A DNA stretch of 63,702 nt, the filler included, from Licmophora abbreviata (taxonomy: Eukaryota): assembly GCA_900291995.1 (NCBI GenBank). It is 13 parts of 13 records of this genome, joined end to end, with 100 filler letters (N's around TTAATTAATTAA, not from the genome) between each part and the next. Parts side by side here need not be neighbours in the genome. Positions count along the whole stretch, not along the records: positions 27,065 to 43,890 come from OLMU01004165.1; positions 43,991 to 47,843 come from OLMU01004166.1; 11 more parts are not named here. The stretch is one strand, 5' to 3'. Positions 36,201-46,535 of this stretch are shown in pieces. Below the pieces are notes generated by a model. It did not search any database. It saw only the letters and a program-made list of their open reading frames with translations, and was not told where the DNA came from. The number at the start of each line of letters is the position of its first letter. Positions within the stretch are counted from its first letter, which is position 1. The position numbers and the translations under genes are program-made.

Positions 36201-36902
36201 AAGTGCCTGTAGCATGACGTTGAGCTCGAACGCCGTCAAACCTTCAGAGCCCATATATTCCACTGCCATGCTCCAGATCCGTTTCAGCTTCGAAACATTC
36301 GCCGACGTCCCGCTCATCGCCGCAAAGGCTTCTCCAAATATTCGTGGTGATACTCTGAAAGCCAAAGACCCTGTGTTGCCTGCAGTCATGGTTTCGATCA
36401 ATCTGATTACGAGTCGATAGTCTCCAATGTCACCTGCAGCTCGCATGGCTTGAATCAGACTCGCTTCCAGGGATTTCTGGTGAACCTCCAGATGCTCCTT
36501 CAGTTCCCCCGATATGAAACCCATATAAGAATAGAGAATCGGCCGTACCGCCGTGTGGCGCTCCGAACTAGTCTTGAGCTGCCGAGCTTTTGATAAATTG
36601 TGAACATAACTCCATAATTTTTGTTCTTGCTGATCTATTGGGGAGAGTATTGTTTCCGCAGCAGTGTCATCATCAGAGGGTTTCAGGGAAGCCGAAGTAC
36701 TGTTTGTCGCCATGCCGGCCGTCTCGGACTCTTGTCGACGAATAATACCCGTTGAGGCTCGAAATGAATAAGCAGTTTGTAATGGTATTCTCCTTCGCTT
36801 TTCCGCTGCTGTCGAGAATCGCATCAGAGTCTTCGAGGGGTGCAAGAGGAGGAATCCGTGGGCCATGGCCAGCCCTGTGATGAGTAGAAACTGGAACTTC
36901 AT
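33258..36902 (-). CDS. Pentatricopeptide-repeat protein with C-terminal SMR domain, predicted plastid-targeted
   Basis: 1214-aa ORF. Signal 'MKFQFLLITGLAMAHG|F'. PPR motifs PNVYAYASTISACAR, PNTWVYNAALAAC and PDTVSYNTILAAL. SMR motifs LDLHG and VVITGRGVNS. Confidence 0.92.
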   Translation of the reverse strand: MKFQFLLITGLAMAHGFLLLHPSKTLMRFSTAAEKRRRIPLQTAYSFRASTGIIRRQESETAGMATNSTSASLKPSDDDTAAETILSPIDQQEQKLWSYVHNLSKARQLKTSSERHTAVRPILYSYMGFISGELKEHLEVHQKSLEASLIQAMRAAGDIGDYRLVIRLIETMTAGNTGSLAFRVSPRIFGEAFAAMSGTSANVSKLKRIWSMAVEYMGSEGLTAFELNVMLQALAKRGRIRAALHLYETAGIVGDAYSLSTLFVSLMESIVDDQEPSRDWAEEKEKLCSPCWQYNEAYKLLQESLSDQVNNEVAGAALKLNDRASQVFSTPTARHYVSQHAMEILQFLKQREISADVVTCSLVLSAFDRGYQWKAAVTLLDAMIRDRSPDEWKLPRPNVYAYASTISACARCQEYEAAMGLLERMTSSDENDVAPNTWVYNAALAACVGGRRHGRDLRVAMTQTLLQQMQRQAEEGLDTAPDTVSYNTILAALEGCAPHEAEGAVNSALEDMIKHGLARDSITYGSAIKALRCNGPGVLIMLDEAVRDLCSSLPSDQASDGLHFVFQNALSVLANQEDFVLVESLFTKMKKEGIYVNVDGVAHLISALGKSRQSDSILTLLEALSGSKEALKAFEERHQLGLAGRTGAWSLPSLSLKHCSSAIASLLTSNELESALKVLSLMRENHLTPDDQSMQAIVLAYCRLATTAAAEESRIGRKRRKAKKAKRSPSMEEARKLSTARARSAIDIAFAMKEPKTRLLSTLATTCSAAGLWDEATILCRIHNRALEESLSSFHSMNDGRALQYLPGLHRSLLKLCASRGNVTAAVGFVDDIQSISQRLASAEEAPVSISDFLHDCSDDSVEETLAVIERSFNGSSDGGKIGMGGEEWKLLLIAASKSGHWKLCLCTMQFLRPFLEDLRPNVVTSRRSVRQYDKLVRSLTAVVLCCEMRSQYAWAVRAIDDWIDWSGRRPRTEAVVSACRILAARGHGYEVNQLVSRLLQVPSGERDEVALEEASYETIVYVGALNALHSHGLYEDADELFIHAFTENHLPFEVERDETLNQFTLDLHGFNVAMANSAVRIALQQQVLPQNWNQIPDSPSLMEETPRESDMVVITGRGVNSAQRLRPILRPEVQRMLLEEFYPPLGTTSIPGNMGALRISAKDVKAWVVHQRQQKGARMLAVADVLKGLSSGDRIRSALKRRSEEQDEEEILE

Positions 36903-37369
36903 CGTTTGAGGGGCAGCTTCTCTTTTTGTTCTGTGCGGGCAATCCTGGCCTCAATCTTTTCTCTTCCAGCACCACTTATTGAGGGCCTTCACAGTGAGTG
37001 ATTCGCAGACAGCTTGCGGGAGCAAGGCAATCCGAAAGCACTGCGACTTGTATCTCTGCAATGAAACCAAGGCAAATTGTTCTGTGTTGGCGACGCGATC
37101 CATCAATTCTGGGCATGTTGAGATTCGTGGCCGTGAAGCCCTTTGTCTGTCACCCAGTCCGCAGTTCATCAATGATGCTGTTCACGATTCGACACATTCG
37201 ACTACTAGGGTCGAGTCAGGTCACGAGTCAAGTCAATAAGCGGGACTGAGGATGTGCGAGACGCAAGGACGCAAGACGAGCGAAGCACCTCTCGTCACCG
37301 CGCACGATGTTCGAATGTGATGGTGTCGAAACATCATCCTCTTGATGGCAAAGCCAACTCCTCTTCATC

Positions 37370-38026
37370 ATGGGCCTCATTCACATTCCTCGTACTCTAG
37401 CTTCCGTCGCTCGCGGCGCATTCCGTAGTTTCAAGAAGAAAAACAAGAATCAAGGCACAGTCATCACGCCCCCCATCGGTTTGTCCCCCTCGAAGCCTCA
37501 CATTTATACTGCCCGCGTGGGCCTCCTCGACGTCGACATCATTGGGCACATGAACAATGCTGCATATCTTAATCACGCTGAGTTTGCCAAGTATGAAATG
37601 ACTGCTGAATCTGGAATATTATTCCCCCTGCTACAACACCGCTGTGCCTATATTGTGACCTCGAGTGTGATTCGATATCGACGAGAAATGCATCCTATCT
37701 TTCGCAAGTTTCAAGTGCACACGCATGTTCCAGCTGTTGACGACAAACATATTTGGATGTATCATACATTTCGATATGCATCGTCATCGGATGAAGTATT
37801 CAACAAGATTCGTGCGCAGGTACTCATTAAGGCAGTGTTGTGGGTTGATCGAAAAGTGATGGATCCAAGGGTCTTTCTGAAGGAAAAATGCCAGGTAGAC
37901 CCGTCGATACTTCAACAATTGGATAGATCCGGTGAGTTCATGCTCATGGAGGAGGAGATGGACCGATTCGATGCGTTAGAAGAGTCGTTGCGCGTTTCGG
38001 CATCGCGGGATGACGAACAACAATAG
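37370..38026 (+). CDS. Hot-dog fold thioesterase (4HBT/THEM6-like)
   Basis: DVDIIGHMNNAAYL motif, 'IRYRREM..F', 'DDKHIWMYHTF'. Confidence 0.85.
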   Translation: MGLIHIPRTLASVARGAFRSFKKKNKNQGTVITPPIGLSPSKPHIYTARVGLLDVDIIGHMNNAAYLNHAEFAKYEMTAESGILFPLLQHRCAYIVTSSVIRYRREMHPIFRKFQVHTHVPAVDDKHIWMYHTFRYASSSDEVFNKIRAQVLIKAVLWVDRKVMDPRVFLKEKCQVDPSILQQLDRSGEFMLMEEEMDRFDALEESLRVSASRDDEQQ

Positions 38027-38503
38027 TAAGTTGACGGGAAGCCAATGTACCGGTACCTGCCTGGTACGCTGTTAGCAATTCATACTATAGAGAGCGTCTT
38101 CGTGTCTTGGCAGATTTGCTCCAGACAAGACTTACCTGTGAATTGTGAACCGCAGCGTCGTGTCCTTTCTCTAGTCTGTTAGTGCAGCAACTATAGCGAG
38201 AATATGTTGCAAATTTGAGAATGGCACATTGTTAGTGTCGTGTGGGGCATTTGCAGTCGGATGAGTCGGGCTTTCAGCTTGGCTTGTCGAGTTTCACTCT
38301 ACCCCTATGCAGTGAAGTTTGCTAGAAAAGATCAAAAGATCGCGCCGCGAGACACGAATGATGCCAAAATCAAAAACCACAGGCCACAGTCGCGTTGCAT
38401 TAGTGATGTGATTGATATTGGTGCCACAGTGACCAATACAACCGCGTGCGAGAGGCTATCGACTCATTCATCGTCTCCTTTCTTGCTAGAGTGAGCTGCC
38501 AGT

Positions 38504-40938
38504 ATGGTTTGCGGACGTCGCCTACAAGGCGCTCTACTATGTTCGCTAATTTCGATGCCGTGTTCCTGGGCTTCACTCCAATACCGAGATTACCGACAAC
38601 ATGATCACAGACTTGCCGATGAATGGGACTCACTGGGGCAAGCCACTGCACCCCGAAAACGACGTCAGATCGTCTACTTTGGATCTATGGAAACCTGGAA
38701 GAGCGACCGTGATCTGTCCGCGTCATCAGTCCAGCTCGTCAGTCGTCAGGAGACCAGACGAGCTCAGCCATCATCAAACGCCCGACACACACCGGTTCGA
38801 AGGACTAAACGTCTCGTCGTTGAGGAAGATACACTCCAGACAAGTCGCAGCAGATTCTGGCCACCCTGGCCATTCTCCTTGCTCTCGGAGGATCATGATA
38901 GGGCTCGTGTCGACGAGGACTATGTCCATCACCGGACCGCGTCGTCTAATGCCGCTGTCTTTTGGGTGTTCTTACAGCACAATCTGCGCGTTGGACTGCG
39001 TCAAATGCAGCATGGTATGTCTGATGTCTAGTGACAGTGGCGAACTTCAGTACGGAGTGCAGCTATGCTATCGTCCCTTTCGCTCTATACTTATCTCGTC
39101 CGCTTCTTTTTGTCAAACTCGTAGTTGGAAGTCAACTTTGGTTTCATTTGCCAAGTGCAACCCCACCGCTTATACTGCTAGGCTTTCGACCTGTCCGAAG
39201 GACTGTCGTCGAGACGGTCGGAGACAACATGGAAGAAATTGTGACCAAAACGATTGGTCCGGCGATACTGGCCAACCCGTTTGTGCGCAAGTTGACCCTA
39301 GCATCGGTCTGTGCCGCCGTTCTGAGCTGGTCGCATTCGGAACTGAATCGCGTACGACAGTTGGAGCCACTACCGCTACCCGAAGCCTACTGGGATGTGT
39401 CGAAAGCCATACTACCACCCTTTCTGCCAGAAGAAGTACCGGAACCGGAAAAGGAATTCTTGAAATCAATGGAAACACAAGTTGGTACTAGCAAACAAGA
39501 TGAAGAAGTAAAGTCTGAACGGCCGAACCACGGAGAGGACGACAAGGGACTGTCACCGAAGATTCGACGTCATTTGCAGCAGTTGTATGACGTCGCACCC
39601 AATCCCAAGACATTTGGGGCTACTATTGGAGAATGGCGCCGTATGAGAGAAGCAAGGCGGCTGGAATCAGAGAAGGTTCAACGATCGACCATTGCTGACG
39701 AGTTGATTGCGTTGCAAGCACTTAAGAAGAGAGCCAAACGACGAACGAAGACTCGGCATGCAGAAAATGCAATGCCCGGGGAAGAGTTGGGGTATGCGTT
39801 GGTGACGGGGAGCTCGCGAGGAATCGGTCGAGCGATTGCGGTCGAACTCGCTCGATGGGAAATCCCGCTTATACTGGTTGCTCGCGACGTGGATCGACTT
39901 GCATCTCTTGCGCGGGACATTGAGGCTTGCTACGGCGTAAAATGCTGTGTTCTTCAGGCAGATCTATCTCGGCCTGATGCCGCAGAGCGCGTCTACCAGA
40001 CGACAAAGAAAGCGGGTCTAACGGTAGACATTCTCGTCAACAACGCCGGACTGTCCTCGACAGGCGAGTGCGTCGATATGTTACCAAGCCGAATCCAGGA
40101 GATGCTACAAGTCAATGTCATGTCGGTGGCAACATTGAACAACTTGTATGGCAAGGATATGAAAGAGCGAAGGCGAGGGAGAATACTGGTTGTTTCTTCT
40201 GTAGTTGGTAGCGTCGAGGCGGGTCCTCAGGTTGCAGTGTACGCAGGCTCCAAGGCGTTCGAGAAGAGTTTGGCCACCTCAATGGCCAAGGAGCTGGAGC
40301 CCTATGGCGTTGGGGTCACGTGTTTACTACCCGGAGCTGTCCGCGGAACTGACTTTCGGTCAAGAAGTGGCAGCAATGAGGCTCTTTGTTGGAAGCTACC
40401 TTACTATGCCAAGAAGGCGGCAGACGTCGCCAATCTGGGTGTTCGGGCCATGTTGGTAGGAGATGTGGAATGCGTACCAGGCTGGCAGAATCGCGCTTTC
40501 CTACGAGTACTGAAGCCGATCCTTCCTCAAAGACTGACAACTCTGATTGTGGAAATGGCTTGGAGTCCATTCCATCTGACGTTGCCACGAATTCGGTGGG
40601 GGGATACTGGGACAGTGGCGACAAGCACTGAGATCGACAATGTGGCACCGCCTGTCACATCTCGTGAATCTCGCGAATTGCGCGACCTGTGGTCCGGAGC
40701 AACGCCCAAGCGAACTCCCCGACTGTTGAAAATGTCAGACGAGGAGGCGGAGACGGCCAGCAAGGCTACAATCGTTGAGGACTCAATACCACAGCTCAGC
40801 GCGCCAGATGAGGTAGATGGCAATGGCATGGAACAGACCACGCTTCAAGATAGTGTACAGCAAGAGTCTGGGTTCGTAGACGAAAAAGAGCTCGAAGAGG
40901 ATCTAGATGAAGGAGCGGTGAGCCATGCCGAATACTAG
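38504..40938 (+). CDS. Short-chain dehydrogenase/reductase with long N-terminal extension and signal peptide
   Basis: Intron 39015-39124. ALVTGSSRGIG, ILVNNAG, VSS and YAGSK catalytic motifs. Confidence 0.9.
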
Positions 40939-41031
40939 TCGGCTAATAGCTACAGCAATACCCATGGTAATCGATGCTTCTACATATCCTCTTCCCCTGG
41001 TTGTATTTCCCGTTCTGTCTAGATTTCTTAA

Positions 41032-41935
41032 TCAAGTCACTGATATTTTAAGTAACATTATTGCCGCGAAAAAGACTACAGCAACGACGGCCAGCGGAAG
41101 AATTGACACCGTCATAAAGAGGGTTCGTGTAGACCCGGCGGCGCTCGTCCCCATTCCAGGATTGAGAATTGGAACTTCCTCGCAGCCGTCTGTCGACGAT
41201 GAGCCCGCGACAGAGCAACTAACATTTACTCCAATCCCACCGTTCGATGATGTACAGAGTTCACAAGACTCGCAAGGAGTATGAGTAAAAAGGCACTACA
41301 GGCACCAATGAGACTTCCACCGTCGTTAAAGAAAAGAGTGTTGCAGGTGCCATCGTTTCGATTGCACAATTCAAAGGTGCGAGTGGCCAACGTGGTAGGA
41401 TAGGCAAATCCGGCAGCTTGGGCGCTTCCGGTAGTTTTTTCCCGTCACTGTAGTTTCGTCTCGATTGGCACACATTTACGTTTCCCCCAAGTGAAACCAT
41501 CCAAACCCGTCAGGATCGCCAGAGGAACTGTTACAAGAAGACGTGACGAGGCAGGGGAGGAATCGAAGAATTGCTCGAGTGTTCCAGAGACTTCGTCAAA
41601 GGTCATGGCGGTGGCGACGTTACCGCTTCTTTGGGCGCCCTCAAGGATCCAGTCGGCAACGAACTGACCAGTCGTCGATAGATCAGGGTCGGCGTCAACG
41701 CAGACAAAGCTGGTACCGACCGACCCTGTATCGGTCGTGCACGCTTCGCACTCGCAATCGGAGTCACCCGACTTTGCTATGCAGTGCACCGCCATGGTCC
41801 CATCAAAGATAATTTTGATGCAAGATGAAACATTGCTTTCGACTGAACACTGCTCGAAGCTCGCGAGATCAAGATTCAGCCCTTCGACGGTACCAGCCAA
41901 TCTCGATGTGTTTGTACGATGAAGAGGACAGATCT
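41032..41935 (-). CDS. Cys-rich, probably GPI/TM-anchored surface protein (frameshifted; first exon not identified)
   Basis: Two similar units (CECEACTTDTGSVGTSFVC; PCESCELCTSSNGGIGVNVSC) and a C-terminal small-residue spacer plus hydrophobic tail (SAAG...VSILPLAVVAVVFFAAIMLL*). The frame needs corrections in homopolymer runs near 41290, 41437 and 41482. Confidence 0.5.
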
Positions 41936-42420
41936 ATGGGGCACAAGAGAGTTTATTCGAAGGCTATCGTGCCGTCCTCTTGACCGATAGCAAACAGCAC
42001 TCAGTCCCTCGACCATAGACATTCAGGAGCTCACTGTGAACCTGGCTATACTTGACGGGCGACGGTACCTCGAGAGATCGATCGTTTGTCGTCTGTTCGT
42101 CGCCGCCCCTCGCTTCCTGCATCACAGCCAAGCAAGAGGGCCACGGCTAGATACACCGGAAGAGTACTAGAACGCAAAGTGCGACGACTGAGAGCCAAGA
42201 ACGAAGCGTTGTTTGCGATGATGCACTGATGGCTTCTCGACCATTGGCGATCCGACAAAACAATGCGCCGCCGATGGCTGGTGATCGTGATGGCTGTGTG
42301 CTCACAATCTCATGTCTTCCAGAAGTAAATCAAAAATCAAGCTACCGGCAGACAAAACCGGCGATTTCGGCAAATTTGAACCAATATGCAAATATTCGGC
42401 AGAGTTTTGAACGTTTTGGT

Positions 42421-42450
42421 ACTCGACTCGACTCACTCGACTCGACTCAC
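42421..42450. repeat. (ACTCG)n pentamer tract in an upstream region
   Basis: actcgactcgactcactcgactcgactcac about 70 nt before the glycosyltransferase ATG. Related tracts occur in other intergenic regions. Confidence 0.8.
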
Positions 42451-42518
42451 ATGTGTTTTCAATTTGATGAACATGACACAAAAGGCACAAGGCCATGTGC
42501 AACACACACCTCGTGAAC

Positions 42519-43523
42519 ATGAGGAGACCGTCGTCGACGCCGAAGAAAGCCCCAGCAACGACGGTTGTTGCCGTTATCATCGCGCTCACCTTTGCTTGCT
42601 TCAACATGTCAGCAATCGGGTGGCAAACTCTGCTCCCACCACCACCGTCCGTGTCTTCGTTTCAAAGAGAACAAAGTAAAGTCTCTTTCAGGACGTCGTC
42701 GCACCCCTACATTGACGCGTCGGTGATAGTGTCGGGAATCGCCAAGAACATTCAACCCGACATGGCGCGAACTATGGTCCGCAAGCTTCGAAAGTTGGGT
42801 GGGCACTTTCGAGAGTACCATATCGTAATCTACGAAAACAACTCCAACGAAAAGAGTCGACAAGCATGGAACGAGACCTTTCATGAAGAAGGGCGCAACG
42901 ACGACTTTACGTTTCGGTCAGAGACTCTTGACGGAAGCTCATCCTTGGGCAGTCGGACTGCCAAGATTGCTAGGGCTCGCAATGTCGTTTTAGAGATTGT
43001 TCATCAACAGTTTGCAGACAAGTACGACTACATGATTGTGACGGATCTAGATGGCTGTTGCGATGGGCCGGACTCGCCGTTGACATACAACCCTGCTATA
43101 TTTCGGCATGCCATTCATGAATTTGGAAATGAGTGGGACGCGCTGTCTTTTCAAGGACACCCGGTGTACTGGGATCGATGGGCGTTTCGAGAGGAAAACG
43201 TCATGCCTTTCAATATGTTTGGCTCGCGTCGTAGCGGGAATGCCATACAGTCACCCAGTCAAATGGAAGAGTGGATCCAGTCGCTGGACAAGACCAAATT
43301 GAAGCCGATCCTTTCGGCATTCATGATGATCAGTATTTACAGAATCAATGCTACCAGGAACTGCCTATACTCCGGTGTCGATGAGGATGGCGAAGGGGAT
43401 TGTGAGCATGTTGCCTTTCATCGGGATATGAGAGAGAAAAATCATGCACGAATCAGATTGTGGCCAGTGTCGGTATGTCATAATATGACCGAGACTTTGC
43501 AGGAATCAGAAGCGAATCTATAG
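42519..43523 (+). CDS. Type II membrane glycosyltransferase, GT-A fold (CAP59/CMT1-like)
   Basis: Signal anchor, IVIYENNS, RTAKIARARN, DYMIVTDLD (DxD) and DCEHVAFH motifs. Confidence 0.75.
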   Translation: MRRPSSTPKKAPATTVVAVIIALTFACFNMSAIGWQTLLPPPPSVSSFQREQSKVSFRTSSHPYIDASVIVSGIAKNIQPDMARTMVRKLRKLGGHFREYHIVIYENNSNEKSRQAWNETFHEEGRNDDFTFRSETLDGSSSLGSRTAKIARARNVVLEIVHQQFADKYDYMIVTDLDGCCDGPDSPLTYNPAIFRHAIHEFGNEWDALSFQGHPVYWDRWAFREENVMPFNMFGSRRSGNAIQSPSQMEEWIQSLDKTKLKPILSAFMMISIYRINATRNCLYSGVDEDGEGDCEHVAFHRDMREKNHARIRLWPVSVCHNMTETLQESEANL

Positions 43524-44040
43524 TGTGCTAGGTGATGGAGAGTTCATTGTCTGGAGAGGCCGACCGCTTTCCCCCTCGTACCCCCGCCTAGATCTCTCGC
43601 TCAAGCTTATACCATAACAATCCATAGTCAATTTTGCCAAAAATAACCTTCTTTCCCCTTCGGGGCTTAGCACCTTAGAAGATAAAGGCTGCACCACGGA
43701 AGTCTACCTTTTCATCGCTCGCATGTAGTATCAGAATGGAAGCTCGAGGTCTGAGCTCTGTGGGGTGTTTTTTTATGAGTGAGGAGTGAGGAGCAGAACT
43801 TGAGTCGAGCTAGTCGAATCAGAATTCCCATGAATCTTTCGTATCTTTCTTTGGATTCGCGATTGCGGTGGTGTTGTGATGGGTGTGTTCNNNNNNNNNN
43901 NNNNNNNNNNNNNNNNNNNNNNNNNNNNNNNNNNTTAATTAATTAANNNNNNNNNNNNNNNNNNNNNNNNNNNNNNNNNNNNNNNNNNNNTGTTCATTGC
44001 ATGATGTGACACGCAGTATTCCATCTACAGAATTACTACC

Positions 44041-44814
44041 ATGTTCAAGAACAAGGCTCTCGAAGAGCTGAAGCAGAAAGAGCTCGGACCTGCCCCTGCA
44101 GATCTTCATGGAGAAGATGACTCCAGGTTTGCCTTTTCTCCCGGCCTTATTACGAAAGAATCTATTTCGCTCCGAGGAACATCGGTAAACGAAAAAGGTA
44201 AAGGCGGCTACCGCTACAATACGGACGATGACACGGCCAAAACGATGCTCAGGCTGCATGCCTATGGACTGGGAGGTCGCAAAGGAAACCTTCAGGATGG
44301 TGATGGCAACATCGAGGCAGAGCTTGTCATCGTAAGTGAAAGAAGCGAGGACTTGACAGAACATGCTACACAGGGCACGTCTCTTACACGATACACATCA
44401 TCTACTTCATGACAGGAACATCACTTCAAGACAGACACTCATCGTTACTACAAGACAGAAGCATATTACGAGGGTCAAGAATCTGAAGCGATGGACGACA
44501 AGGATCTCTATCTCTTTGCCAAGATCGACGGCACCCGCACCGCCAAAGGATCTTCGTCTACGTACAGCGTCGTGACGGGAAAGGACACATTTAAAGCCCT
44601 CTACAAGGCCGAACAAGTTGTTTCCCGAACCTTCATGGCTCTTGTCAAGACGGCGTCCGGTGTCGATGTTGGCAGACTCACTCCCCTTCGCGGACCCCAT
44701 CTCCTCGCCGAAGTCACATCCGGGGTCGATCTCGCGGCCGTCATTCTCACTGGAGAGGCGTGTGCACCGACCGCTGGATCGATTCTGTCCCTGCCGGGTG
44801 CAACCCTGATTTAG
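44041..44814 (+). CDS. Hypothetical protein, possibly LURP-one/tubby C-terminal-like fold
   Basis: Two ORFs joined in frame by GT-AG intron 44332-44415. Beta-rich body ending 'AEVTSGVDLAAVIL', reminiscent of LURP-one C-termini. Confidence 0.5.
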
Positions 44815-44993
44815 GTTGACGAAACTTATTCTTCTTCAGTTGAACGCGTTCCGTGTGTCAGAGCTTGGTCGGTCGGAGCACGTCTATTGAGAATCATGAT
44901 GCAGAGGTACGGGGCTCAAAGTTCTCTTCTCTTCCAGCTGCAAAATTAAGCCCCTAACAATAGATATTGAAAGAAAGCGTGAACCCATGAGTC

Positions 44994-46148
44994 CTACATG
45001 CGTATAGAGTCCTTGAGACTCCCTCTCTTAGCACGTACATGGTCTTGCAGAAACGATCCTGTCCCCCCTTTCTGCGGCCCATCAGCCCGTAGCATGACAT
45101 CTTCCGAGTGCACCGACAGTGCAACCCCAGCATTATTACTCTCCTCCGCCGTTTCCTCGGTCTCCAATACCAAGATGTACACTCCCGCCATAAGAATAAA
45201 GAGCCCAGCTGGATACATGACAAAGTCCCAGATGCTCGAAAGATTGTCAAACGTATTATAGTGCACGGCACTCATGATACTCGCCGAAATGACAAAGGAT
45301 CCGACAAACATGGCGGCAGAGTATGTGGCATCGTATCGTTTCATACAGGCCGTCAATAACAGGAGACCGGTGAAGGCAGTGACAATGGCAAGCGAGGCCA
45401 TGACCACGAGAGACCACGGGAAGAAGTGTAGTCCATGTTGAGCTTTGAGTATCGTCAAGGCGTCCTTTAGAAAGTTTTGAAGACCGGTGATCGAGCCCCC
45501 CGAGATACCCCAGGCGAATCGTTTGACATATTTGCAGCTGGTATACTTCATCCAGTAGTACAAAGTACCCGTCCATACGACCATGGCAAGCAAATACATG
45601 AGAAATATAGGATTTCGATAGGACACAAGGACATCCTCCACCGTGACTCCTTCATCGTTCTTATGATCTCCAAAGATAGCCACCACTATTTCTCCCACAA
45701 CAATCAAGCCCGCTGCTACAATTTGAATTTTCACCGGCTGCTCCCCAATCAACGATCCGGAGAACAAGACTATCCATACGAGCGTCAGTCCCGAAAATGG
45801 CGCCAGTATGGATGGTGACGCATAGTTCATTGCCAGTACGCTAAAGAGCGGATTCAGAAAGGTCATTCCTATCATGCCAGAGATTCGTAACGTCCAAGCA
45901 AGCGTCGTGACGCTAGTCCCTTCTCGCGAAACAAGCAGCAAGCCATCGTTGTCGTCATCTGTTTCTTCTTCATCTGTGGCCACAATTTCCAGCAGAGAAG
46001 GCTGCGTCTGTCGCCACTGCGCTTCTATTAACCAAGATTTGCGTATAGCTAGCTTTGAGGCGCCGCCGATGATGGAGGCGATGATCGAAAAGAGAATTCC
46101 TTTTACCCATCCGGCAGCGGTCACCGCTTCCTCTTCGGATGAAAACAT
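44994..46148 (-). CDS. NIPA-family magnesium transporter (DMT superfamily)
   Basis: About nine TM segments; 'AMNYASPSILAPFSGLTLVW', 'LIGEQ', 'CMKRYDATY'. Confidence 0.85.
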   Translation of the reverse strand: MFSSEEEAVTAAGWVKGILFSIIASIIGGASKLAIRKSWLIEAQWRQTQPSLLEIVATDEEETDDDNDGLLLVSREGTSVTTLAWTLRISGMIGMTFLNPLFSVLAMNYASPSILAPFSGLTLVWIVLFSGSLIGEQPVKIQIVAAGLIVVGEIVVAIFGDHKNDEGVTVEDVLVSYRNPIFLMYLLAMVVWTGTLYYWMKYTSCKYVKRFAWGISGGSITGLQNFLKDALTILKAQHGLHFFPWSLVVMASLAIVTAFTGLLLLTACMKRYDATYSAAMFVGSFVISASIMSAVHYNTFDNLSSIWDFVMYPAGLFILMAGVYILVLETEETAEESNNAGVALSVHSEDVMLRADGPQKGGTGSFLQDHVRAKRGSLKDSIRM

Positions 46149-46535
46149 GGGACTCGAAGTTTACAACAACAAGCTCGGCTGAAAAGATTTCGGCTCAACT
46201 AGTGTATCAATAGGACACAAGAGAGTATCAAGACGATAGGCAGAGGGCGAGGGTTCAACAGAAGAGCAGAATGATGCTATGCCGCCATCGTGGTGCTGCG
46301 TCTGGAGCCGGTGGCATCTCGAGAATGAATTTTTAATTTTTGCTGTGCGAGCTCACATCATGCGTTGAATAATTCATGACTCGAATCATTCGTGACTGAG
46401 TGCTGACCGTTCCACAATAATGCTCTAACCGTCGATAAGGTGAATTTGTCAGCACATTCAGAGACTTGAATGTCACGTCGATGCATCATCTCATCACACA
46501 AAAGAGGCCTCACATCATAAAAGTGCAAGACGAAC

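Noticed and set aside
43700..43740. TGTAGTATC preceded by TACCTT/ATCGCT, resembling the U2 snRNA branch-pairing region; CCC-TTCG-GGG hairpin nearby
   Set aside because: Stem I (GGCCTTTTGGCTAAGATCA) and the downstream U2 structure are absent, so this is a chance match.
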